Part shown: piece by piece, positions 49,899 through 61,103 of the stretch
Layout: the number at the start of each line of letters is the position of its first letter
How positions within the stretch are numbered: the stretch's first letter is position 1
The notes under the pieces: model-generated
What the model was told of the DNA's origin: nothing
The model's database searches: none
What the model saw: the letters and a program-made list of their open reading frames with translations, nothing else
Position numbers and translations under genes: made by a program
From: Trichodelitschia bisporula
Lineage: Eukaryota
Length of the DNA stretch: 64,000 nucleotides
NCBI GenBank assembly: GCA_010356995.1
Contig: ML996691.1
Span: forward strand, 192,174-256,173
Reading direction: 5' to 3'

Positions 49899-49946
49899 GG
49901 GGAGCTGATGGGGGAGCTGATGGGGGAGCTGATGGGGGAGCTGAGG
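49899..49946. repeat. 12-bp tandem repeat (GGGGAGCTGATG), about 4 copies
   Basis: Read directly from the sequence. Confidence 0.85.
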
Positions 49947-50761
49947 AGGGAATAGCAATGATGGGTCGTCGTCGTTGGTGCTTGCATCACCGCCCGCGTT
50001 TACTTTGATCATCTGCATTAATGACATGGAGCCTCCTCCAACCACCCCGTTCACACTCTCCCCCATCACTCTCAGCCCAACGCACGCAAAAATAAATTGC
50101 CCCCAACATCTACGGAGTAGGTACCGCGAGCTAGAACACTGTGTACTCAAAACTGCAATCCCTAACATCTCACCATTTCCCCAGGTAGCATGAAATCAAC
50201 ACACGCAACCTACATGAACACCGCCACGTCTCGAAAATGCGCGCACGCCCCCCCCCCTCCCCATATGCATATATCCGCATCCACCACGCCACGCCTTCAG
50301 CTCCCGCAGCCCGTAGCTCCCGCCCCCGCCTCAGCCTCCTCCGATCCACATATTCCACAGAGCGTACAACATGTGCTAGTAGCGTGTCAAAACGCGGAGA
50401 CCTCAGTTGACGGGTGACTACACCCGTGTTCCACATTCGTACTTCGTACTTGTACAGTCGCTGTAATCTGCTGTAATCTCCTACGCAGATGCATGTCTCT
50501 GCGTGCACCCCGCGCTTGTTCCGCTTCTCAGGACGGGACGCAGTAGTAATGCACACCGCTTACTTCCGCTCCACGTCCCCAGCCTCCACCTTCATCTATG
50601 CTCGAACACCAAACCCGCGGACCTAACGCCATACACCAGCCATGCAGCAAAATCCCCTCACCAGCCACGAGGTCGCTCGCAGCTTCATCCGCCCCGACCC
50701 CGCGCACCAGCTCAAGACACACAGAGTTGAGATTCCCCCCTCCAAAAACCCTTCCACACAC

Positions 50762-51519
50762 TCACATCCCCACCTTCATCTCCGGCGGCGCCGGCGGCGC
50801 CTCCAGTTTCGTACTATCCGCCATATACCTCTGGAACCCAATCCCCACACCCTCAATCACAGCCAGCAGTATCGCACACCCGATGGCGCCGTTGCGCATC
50901 GCCCGCGCGCCGCCGCGCACCGCGAGGGAGCCGCCGGTGAAGAAGCCCGCTATGATGGCGTTCCAGGGGTCTTCTTTTTTGCGGACGCTGGGGGGGGGGG
51001 GGAGGTTAGCTTGGTGTTCAGGTCTGTAGGTGGGGTTGGGGAGGGGAAGGGGAAGACGCACCCTTTGACGGCGCAGTCAAACGTCGAGAACAGCCCGCCC
51101 CACACGCCGAAGTTACCGCCTAGCACTGGGGCACGCGCTTTCATGGCGGTTATGGCGCCGATGCGGCGCTCGCCGTAGGGGCTGCGTGCGTGTTAGCTTT
51201 GATCCCATATATCGCAGATACCGCAGATATCGCCGCAGCTCAACAAGATCGACTGCAATCGACGAGTCCCGCGGGGACCGGACGGGGCGGTGCGTGTATA
51301 TACCTATTCCTGCAAACTGTTAGCCTGGGTTTCTACATTGGAGGAGGAGCCACGAACCGAAAGCCCTTGATGCCGTGCCAGACTGATCCACCGATTGCCT
51401 GTGAGTGTTGATTAGACCTGGGCCGAGAGGAAGGTGAGGGCTACACGTACGCCCATGCAGAATGCGCCGCCGAAGTCATTGAGGATGACCCATGGGCAGG
51501 GATCGCGAGTGTGATCCAT
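50762..51519 (-). CDS. TIM17: Mitochondrial inner-membrane import translocase subunit Tim17
   Basis: Exons 51519-51451, 51398-51358, 51309-51304, 51181-51062, 50987-50762 give [98 protein letters not shown]. Confidence 0.96.
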
Positions 51520-52277
51520 CGTGTGTGTCGTGGAATTCGTACGCCCAAGTGTTCGTCAGTTGGCCGGAGCCGGGTGGTGTCGCTCAGGGAATGCGGGGTT
51601 GAGGAAGAAGCAGGACGATGGCGTGGTGTTTAATTCCGGGTTGTGGTGGATGGAGGTGCTTTGGCTTGGAGGAGAGGAAGTAGGTGTAGCTCCTCGGATG
51701 TTGTTGTTCTGTTTTCTTGCTGTTGCTCGGTGCGGGATTGTTGCGCATTCATCGGTCGGCGAAAAACTTGTGCTTGGCGGCTTGGCGCGTGCGGCTAAGG
51801 CGCTTAGCGGGTGGGTGTATCACGTGGACGAGGCTGAACATGGAAAGGGTTACGGAGGCATGTGGGACATCATGATGGGGGCAGGGCCCGTACACAGGTG
51901 ATAACATCTCAGGAAACTGAAGATTGAGGTAGAAGCCAACGAGAGGAAGAGAGTCGGAGACTCTCGAGACTTTAAATACCCGACGCCAAGTATTCTCCTT
52001 TGCTCCTTCTATCATACTCGCATTACATCATACGCTCCTTTCATACCCACATCACATCACACTCAGCATCATGAAGCTCTTTAAATCTCGATTCGTGCGT
52101 GTCTTGCGACACTGTTCGTCTGCCCATTATCTACCGTACCATATCGTCGCTCAATATGCTTTTCAGCTCTATCCGTCCCATCCATCCCGTAAACCATAGG
52201 CAGAGCCGTAGCCCGCCCTCAAAACGCCCATGATGCAATGCTCAAATGCAACCAGATCAAACCCGCCATGCAACAAA

Positions 52278-53576
52278 TCAAACAATAATATACACCACCA
52301 GCCCACCCACCGCCGCCAGCACCCCCATCCGCAGACAAGAACGCATTTCCCCCGCTGCCGACACCGGCACCTTCGTAGTACTCGCCACCTGCGGCGCAGC
52401 CGTAATAACACTAGACGCGAAAGCCGACGAGTCCCGCTCCCAAACCAGCAGCGAGGAAGAGGGCGACGCGGACGGGAATGTCATCTATACCGGTCAGTAT
52501 TAGTACGCGAAAGCGCGGGGATGAGTCTTCTTACGCACACTGGCCGAGCTGGGCGGCACCACCTTTCCGGACGAGGATACGGTCCATCCGCTCGGGAGCC
52601 CGGGGTAATTGGCGTATGTCGCCGTGGACAGCGTGGTTGCCTGCGGCACCCAGGGGTACACCGAGGGGGTGGTGTAGCTGGTGGTGTCGCGGTGCGTGCC
52701 CTGGAACACGATTGGCTGGCCTGAGGACACGCTCGTCACGGCCGGCGCGTTGTCGACTACTTTGCTCCCGCCGGAGTTGACGCTCCCGCCCGCTGCGCTG
52801 ATGTCCTGCCACGTTCCGCTCGTGCCCTTGTAGCTGTACTGCGTGCCCGTGGAGTAGTCCTGCACGCTCACGCTCTTAACGTACATGGAATACGGGCCCG
52901 CGGCGTAATTCGTCGCGCCGCCGGCCCAGGTAATCGTGCCTGCGGAGTTGGAGGCGTCGCCACCGCTCCACGCGCCGATCTTGACTTGCATCGGCGTTTG
53001 AGGGTACTGGCCTGCCTCGGCGGTGGAGGGCGTGAGCGAGCGCACCGTCACGCCGTCGATCTGCCACAGAATCTGGTTCGCGGTCCAGTCGATCGTGTAC
53101 CGCTTGTAGCCAGATTGAGACCCGGAATCAGCGTGGAAGGCACCGCGGTTGTACGTCGTAGTCTGGCCCTTGCCGAAGTAATTGCTCTGCACCTTGTCCG
53201 CGTCGGCGCCGAGCCATTCCCAGTCTATTTCGTCGAGGGAGTCGGATTGGAGCACCACGCTGCTGACGATGCCGACGCCGGGCGCGGCTTTGAGGAGGAC
53301 TTCGACACGCCCGAACATGATGTACCACTTTGAGGTGATTTGCGGCGAGTCGCCGGATTTGGCGACGGTGAAGGCTACACCGTCGCCGTTGTAGGTTGGG
53401 TTGCCGGAGGGGGTGAAGCTGTCTGACGCGCCCTTTGTGAAGTCGATGGAGACGGAGCGGCCGAGGGCGGAGTCGGCGGGGCAGCCGGTTGTGTAAAGGG
53501 GGTTGCAGTTGCTGTACGTTTGCGCGGCAGAGAGGGAGGTGAGGGCGGCGAGGGTCGTGAGGGAGAATAACCGCAT
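52278..53576 (-). CDS. GH16 Crh-family cell-wall chitin transglycosylase, probably GPI-anchored; two possible 3' isoforms (stop at 52411 or 52278)
   Basis: Signal peptide, QTYSNCNPL, WYIMFGRVEV, catalytic DEIDWEWLG, YTIDWT, YPQTPM, Ser/Thr-rich linker. The last intron ends at an acceptor at 52485. Confidence 0.93.
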
Positions 53577-56001
53577 GGTGAGTAGAGGATGTGTGATGCG
53601 TGGTAAGTGGCAAGTGGTAAGTGTGCGGACGGGGTAGTTGTCGAGTACGACCGGGTTGGGCGACTAAGTTACTGGAATGGGTGGTGGTGGTGGTGGAGGG
53701 GGGTGTTGATGCTTGTGTTGATGTTAGATTCCGGTGAAGTGGATGGGAAACGGAAGGCAAGCTGCAGGAGGGCTAGGTTTAAGAGCAAGCTGTCCAGCCA
53801 TCGAATATTCACATAATTAATTCTCCCCTTTCCTGCCCTGCTATAGAATTCTTTTGCCAGCGTGTCGCGCAATGAGCGCATCTGTTTGGTGTTGAAAACG
53901 ACGTGGCTGGGCGGGGGCATGGGGGAGGTGGTTGGCGTGTGGCTGGGGGGGATCTCGGCGATGAAGCTCGCGCCACTCCGCAGCACCTCCATTCACCCAG
54001 TCGCCCCAGTGACCATTCAGGCGCTCGAGTGACAGTCAGCCTCAATTCATGCCTTGTGTTTTTCAGCCGGTCGCTAAATGCCCGCGACGCCCGGAGCAAA
54101 AGGTGGCGCCAAGGGCTGGGAGAAATGGCCGATCTGTTTGACGCCTTGCCCAGAGCTGCGTCATCGCCAACGAAACAATTGCACCGCAGGAGCCGGCATA
54201 CGAGGAAGAAGCGGGATGCAGACTGGAAACAAACAGCGCAGAACAGCTAGAGTACCCACTTCCCTTCGTTATGGTCCTTCGCCAATGCCTCGCCCACGAG
54301 GCGATGCGGAGTGCATCTCGACCAACGACGAGAAGCTGCGCGAGCTGCAAGAGCTCCGACGGGATGCAAAATCCATGGACACCCGCAGCTGGACTCGGCG
54401 CCTGGACTCGACTTCCTGAAAAGAAGGTGAAGAAAGGGATTAACTTGCTGTTGATAGACTTTTCGGTTGACGCGATTACCCCATCGAATTCGCGATGCTG
54501 CGCGGCTAGGCCCAAATGGAAGTGCGGAGAGAATGCGCTGAACAAAATGTCGGTGGCACAGAAAAGTCGGCGGACGAACGTGATGTGACGGAATACGTGT
54601 ACGTACGCGCGCTGCACGGCACGAACGGGAAGAGAGGACAGAAAAACGTAATTTGACGTGAGAGAGCGAAGCAGAGTTGCAGGCTGGATTGTTGGATGGT
54701 TGGATAATGGGAAAGACGAGGAAGCCGAATTGTCAGCTCGGGACTCGGGACTCGGGGATCGTGAAATCTGGAGCGCTGACGAACGAGAACAGAAGGCTTG
54801 TATGACTGAATGACTGAGCGGCTAGGTTAGTGACAAGTCGCTTGTTGTTGAGTCGAGAGGGGCCATCACGAGACGGCAAGTGGAGGCAAGGGGCGGTGCC
54901 GTTTCTGGTGGGCGGGTGACCCTCTGCGTTCCTGAAAAAGAGGAGCCTTGAGCTTTTGGCGGCATCGTGAACTCGTGAAGTGAGCTGCATGGGACCAGCA
55001 CCCCTAAGGCGCCTCACTAACCAAAGGCCCGGGGGCAGCTTTTGGCTGACTGGCGCTTCGCTCAGGAACACGACTTTCTCATGCTTGAGAGGTGCAGCGA
55101 ATGCACCGGAATGCCGGAGTCGTGGCGCAGCTCGTCCCTTTTGAAGCTGTCGAGTGACCTGGGATCAGTGCTAGGTCGTAACAGAGCATCCAGTGACTGG
55201 GGACAATGCGCTACTTCGGGGCGAGGCAGAGTTGATATAAAAGGCTGACCTTCACGATGCTTCTTGTTTATTTTTCCCTTGAGCTTCAATCGTGCCCTTA
55301 CTGTCAGACTTGCTTACATCATTGGCCCTTCTCACCATCAATTGCCGAAGGAAGGAACGTTCCACCGTCCACAAGCTCTCTCCATACCCCTCATCATCCC
55401 TCTTCTACCCCTCCATATCTCCACATCTCCACAATCTCAATTCATACCCGCCTACCTCTCCACATAATCCCCTCCGGCCGGCAATTATCGGCCTTCCTTA
55501 CGCCCACGTACCTTACCGCCACCCGGTCCCTTCCCGAGAAAAGCAGCGTCATACGTGCCCCAGGCCTGCAGTAGCGCGGCCTGATTCGACCCAGGGATTG
55601 CTTCCCTCCAGACCGCAACATCGTCCTCTCACCCAAAGAAAAACACTCTCCGCGAGAAAAAGGTTAGCAATGCCCTATTCGCAGAACCCAATGTCGCACC
55701 GGAACCCTACCCTATCTCCCCGGGCATCTGTAACAGTCAGCTCTGAGCCTGACTGTTATCAGCCCCGCGGCCAGTGCCCCGCCCTTACTGTACAAATATT
55801 CCGCGGCAACCGCTTTGTCCATTCTCCCTTGCGCCTTACTTCTTCTTTTATTCCGAGATTAGAGTTCTGTGTCAATTGGACTGCTGTGGTTGTTTTCTGT
55901 CTTCTGAGCTGCTGCTGACACTGTCAAAGTCCGCACTGCAGCCTTACTCTCAGCCTCTTTCAGCCTCGAAACACTCCCCCACCTAGAGAGCTTTGCCCGT
56001 C

Positions 56002-59000
56002 ATGTCGGACACCCCGCAAATCGATGGGGCAGCCGCTGGCAATGTCAACCCCCCAATTCTCCATAACAAGCTCCTCGAGCAAGTCATCCGTACACCGGAC
56101 CGCATGCCGTCCCCACAACCCACACACCTGTCGGTTCCTGGCACCGCCACGCCCACACGCGTGCTGTCAGAGTCGGGTTCCGGATATGTAGCGCCCAAGT
56201 TCGAGGGCAAGGAAAGACAAATGGAACAGTACGCTGGATTGTGGAGGGGGGGAGTCTTGCCGGAGCTAATAATTGCAGAGTGATGGACGCACTGGAAGAA
56301 AAACAGTTCATCCCGGACTACTTCGTTGAGTCGGAGACCAAGTGGTTCTACCACGAACTCGGCATTGACGATATGTACTTTCAAACGGAGACTGTCGATG
56401 CGTAAGTGCCGTTCGGTGTGAGCGATTTCCTCGACTCACCTTTCGTAGCATTGTTTCACACATCCATTCGCTCTATGCGGCAAAGATTGCTGCTTGGGCG
56501 CGAGACGACAAGCGCCTCGAGATACGGCTCGACAAGGAGGCTCCGGATCATGCCGTGTACATTGACACGAGCAAGCCGGGCGTCAGTGTCGTCAACGGCC
56601 CGCGCTACGAGCAGCGCATTGACGAAAAATACCTCAACATCTCGACGCCCAAGTTGAGCTACCGCGTCGAGACTTTCCGCTCTGAGAGTCTGCTTCCCGG
56701 TGGCCAGGACCAACAGCTGCGCTGCTACTTTGTGTACCAATGCCAATTCGAGGATCCCAACCCAGAGCCAGGAGAGACGGCCATCGACAAGCTAGGCGAG
56801 AAGCGCTTCCTGCAAAAGGTCACCAACAACACCAAGGAGATCTATCAGCTGCTCCTCCAGAAAGCAGTTGGCCGGACTGGGCCGGTGATTGAATACTACG
56901 ACATTGAGAACTCGGTCGAGAAGCGCTTGGTCATTGCCTACAAGCAGGGTTCGGCCATGGGGCTGTTCAGCGCGCTGAGCGACCTGGTATGTCAAATCCC
57001 CGTTTCTGAGACATGCCTAACGCTTGCAGTACCACTACTATGGCCTCACATCTTCTCGGAAATATGTCGGTAAGTGTAATGCATACAACGATTAACGGGA
57101 AGCTTACGAGAACAGAGCAATTTGCGAACGGCTACACGGTCATGAGCGTCTACCTCAAGCCGGCTCCCGGAATCAAGACATCACCACGCTTCCCGTCCAT
57201 TGAGTCTTCCATTCACCAAATCGTCAAGGAGATCTCGCTCCTGTACTGCATTCCGCAGAACAAGCTCCAGGCTCACTTTGCAACCGGCCGGCTGAGTTTG
57301 CAGGAGACGATTTACGCCCACTGCGTGTGGGTATTCGTCAGCCACTTCCTTAACCGCCTCGGCAACGAGTATAACGCCCTGACGTCCATCCTGGAATCTG
57401 GAAACAGCGTCCATGCCGAGCTGCTGAGCAAGCTCAAGCGCAGGCTGCGCAACGAAACCTTCACCTCGGATTACATCCTGGAAATCATCAACCAGTACCC
57501 GGACCTTATCCACTCCCTCTACTTGACATTTGCAAATGCGCACTATGTCCAGACGCGGGGTGAGATGGATGACTTTCTGCCGACCCTCAGCTATCTCCGC
57601 ATCCAGGTTGACCGCATTCTAGATGACACGGAAATCCAGGCGCTCATCTCGAAGACGGCCATCAACGAACACCACGAACTGGTCATGAATTCATTCTACC
57701 TTTTCAACAAGAGCGTGCTCAAGACCAATTTCTACACGCCCACCAAGGTTGCGCTGAGCTTCCGTCTGAACCCCAGTTTCCTTCCTATCGAAGAGTACCC
57801 CCAGCCTCTCTACGGCATGTTCCTCGTCATCAGCTCCGAGTTCCGTGGCTTCCACCTCCGCTTCCGCGACATTGCGCGGGGAGGCATCCGCATCGTCAAG
57901 TCCCGAAGCCAGGAGGCCTACGCCATCAACGCGCGGTCACTGTTTGACGAAAATTACAACCTCGCCAACACCCAGCAGCGCAAGAACAAGGACATCCCCG
58001 AAGGCGGGTCCAAGGGCGTGATTCTGCTCGATGTCAAACACCAGGACAAGGCGCGGGTAGCCTTTGAAAAGTACATTGACAGCATCCTGGATCTGCTGCT
58101 CCCGCCGACGAGCCCTGGCATCAAGGACCCGATTGTCGATTTGTACGGCAAACCCGAGATCCTGTTCATGGGCCCGGACGAGAACACGGCCGATCTTGTC
58201 GACTGGGCGACGGACCATGCACGAGCACGCGGCGCCCCCTGGTGGAAGTCGTTCTTCACGGGCAAGAGCCCGCGTCTGGGCGGCATCCCGCATGACCGGT
58301 ACGGCATGACGACGCTGTCGGTGCGCGAGTACGTACTGGGCATCTACCGCAAGCTCGGGCTCGACGAGTCCAAGGTGCGCAAGCTGCAGACAGGTGGGCC
58401 AGACGGCGATCTCGGGTCCAACGAGATTCTGCTCGGCAAGGAGCAGTACATTGCCATTGTGGACGGGTCTGGCGTGCTCGTTGATCCCAACGGTATCGAT
58501 CACGAGGAGTTGGTCAGCCTTGCTCGTGGCCGCAAAATGATCTCGCACTTTGATATTTCAAAGTTGTCGCCCCAGGGCTACCGCGTACTGGTCGAGGAGA
58601 CGGACGTCACGCTGCCGTCGGGTGAGCTCGTGAACAACGGCACCAGCTTCCGGAACACCTTCCATCTGCGGCCGGAGTCGTACGACATGTTTGTGCCGTG
58701 CGGCGGGCGGCCCGAGTCGATTGACATCAGCAGCGCGAACAAGCTGATCCGGGACGACAAGTCGCTGATTCCGTACATCGTCGAGGGCGCGAACCTGTTC
58801 ATCACGCAGGACGCAAAGCTGCGCCTCGAGCACGCAGGCTGCATCCTGTTCAAGGACGCGTCGGCCAACAAGGGTGGCGTAACGTCATCATCGCTCGAGG
58901 TGCTGGCGTCGCTGTCTTTTGACGATGAGGGCTTCATTGAGAACATGTGCATCCGCGAGGACGGCACGGCGCCCGCGTTTTACGACAACTACGTCAAGGA

Positions 59001-59510
59001 AGTGCAGAGCGTGATCCAGCGCAATGCGCGCCTCGAGTTCGAGGCCATTTGGCGCGAGCACGAGCAGACGGGTGAGCTTCGCAGCTTGCTGAGCGACAAG
59101 CTCAGCCTGGCGATCACGAAGATGGACGAGGAACTGCAGAGCTCGGATCTGTGGGATAATGAGGGGTTCCGGCGCGCCGTGCTGAGCGATGCGCTCCCCA
59201 AGCTGCTGCTGGACACGATTGGGTTGGACACGATCCTGAAGCGGGTGAGTTTCGACTCTGGCTTGTTTGGGTTGCGCGTTTTCTGACGGGCGGCTAGGTG
59301 CCTGATAATTACCTGCGGGCCATCTTTGGCAGTTATCTCGCCAGTCGGTTCATTTATGAATGCGGCATCAGTGCGAGCCAGTTTGCCTTCTTCAGCTTGT
59401 AGGTTTTTGCCTTTCCCCTGCCCGTTTTTGGGTGTTTGGATTGTTTCGCAGGCTAACTCGTACCCAGCATGAACAAGCGCATGGCGGCGCTGCGGGCGCA
59501 CAGTGGATAA
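56002..59510 (+). CDS. GDH2: NAD-specific glutamate dehydrogenase (large fungal type)
   Basis: Exons 56002-56228, 56279-56401, 56449-56986, 57030-57069, 57116-59244, 59298-59398, 59468-59510. GFHLRFRDIARGGIRIV, KNKDIPEGGSKG, FMGPDENTA, QTGGPDGDLGSNE, VEGANLF, DASANKGGVTSSSLEV. Confidence 0.97.
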
Positions 59511-60645
59511 GGTGAATTCTTGGGAGTACTGGGTTATGAAAGGACCTTAGGTCTCTGTTCATGGAGATTAAGGAGAGTAATATCTTGTATGAAAGTGCGG
59601 CCCTAATTGGAAACGGGTTCGCGCGGTTGCGGCTTTGGTTTCTGTCTCTTCTACTTCATAGACTTGCTCTTCAAAAAGGCCAGGAAGCGGGGGAAACTGG
59701 GGAAGGACTGGCATGGAGGGAGGGCTTCCAAAATAAAATGGCAGTGCATCCTCTGTCTCTACATGTTGATAAGAAGACTTAACTTGGTCATGCCTCTCGT
59801 ACTCTTTGTCTAGGGAATGATAGGAGTTTAGGCAGTGTTTACGTCGCAGAGCGCGAGGGAAAAGCGGTGGGATGGAAGAGGGGGGGGGACGTGGAGGAGA
59901 AGTGGGAGGAGAGTGGGAGAGTGGGCGACACGCGCAGAGCGCAGCGCTGGGGAGGGCAGCACTCCCCCCCCCGCCCTCCCTCCCTCCGCTCTCTCGAACT
60001 CACTCTCTCCTCTCTCTCCCTCTTCCCACACACAACCCACAACAAACCAAGTCCAAGTCCATTTCATCTCGCACGAAAACCAAATCTTCCCATCCCGCTA
60101 CCACTATCTTCAGAAATCAGGTATGTCGCCTTCACGCTCTCTCCCCCTCTATCAAAACAATCGTCGTGGCCCATCCCAACACTCCGCGCGCGTCGTCCCC
60201 GCTCGCTCGAACGAGCTGCGCAGCGCAGCGCATCGCTCACGAAGCCATCACGAGCCTCGTCGCAGCGCGCTGCCTGCGCGTTCATCGCTAGCGGTTTTGG
60301 TATTTTGACTCTTTGTGTGTCCCTCGCGCGCGCGTTACGCGCAAGCGGGCGGGCACCCGCCGTGGATGAGGGCGAGGCGAGGCAGATGCGTGGCTCAGCG
60401 CAGCCCGCATGCGCCCGAGCCCACAACAACACCGCGACACCCACCCCCACCGCACTACCACCTTGACATCTCTCACCATACTCGGCATATCACTAATAGC
60501 GATAGCAGACGCGTCGCGCCCTGCCCCGCTGCCAAAACAAGCTTCGAGCATCCCGCCCGGCCTACCGACTTAAGCTTAACAGCACCCCGCCTACCCGTCC
60601 ACCCCACCGCCTCCCCAGCAACCTACCCACCCACGCACCTCCGCA

Positions 60646-61103
60646 ATGTCGACCGCCACCGCCCCCCCCCCCACCGCGCCAACCAGCACTCGCGAAACGC
60701 GCTCCAAGACCGGGCACTCCAAGCCGCGCGTCCTCGCCGACGAACTGCCCGCAGCGCCGGCACCCAAGAAGCCAGCTGCAAAGCCCAAGAAGGCCCCCGC
60801 AGCCAACACCTCCAAGCCGCGCGCGAAGAAGGTGGCGACCGGCAGGGTGGAGAAGAAGACGGCGGAGAAGGCGGAGAAGGTGAAGAAGACGGTGGAGAAG
60901 GGGGTGGAGAAGGTGGAGAAGAAGGGGAAGGGGATTAATGGGGTGGAGAAGAAGACTAAGGTATGTTTTATATGGGGGGGGGGGACTCCGAAAGGGGGTG
61001 TGGGGATGATGGGCTAATGTGTATACAGGCTGCTGCTGCTCCGAAGGAGAAGAAGCCCAAGGCTGCACCGAAGCCGAAGGCGACGAAGGCTACTAAGGCG
61101 TAG
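60646..61103 (+). CDS. 129-aa Lys/Ala/Pro-rich basic protein (histone H1 tail-like composition, no globular domain)
   Basis: Exons 60646-60960 and 61029-61103 (GTATGT..GCTAAT..CAG intron). TRETRSKTGHSKPRV, PKKPAAKPKK, VEKK repeats, KPKAAPKPKATKATKA*. Confidence 0.8.

Noticed and set aside
59835..60466. Overlapping 140-200 aa ORFs between GDH2 and the basic protein
   Set aside because: Low-complexity purine/pyrimidine tracts and GC-rich leader sequence with no coding signature.
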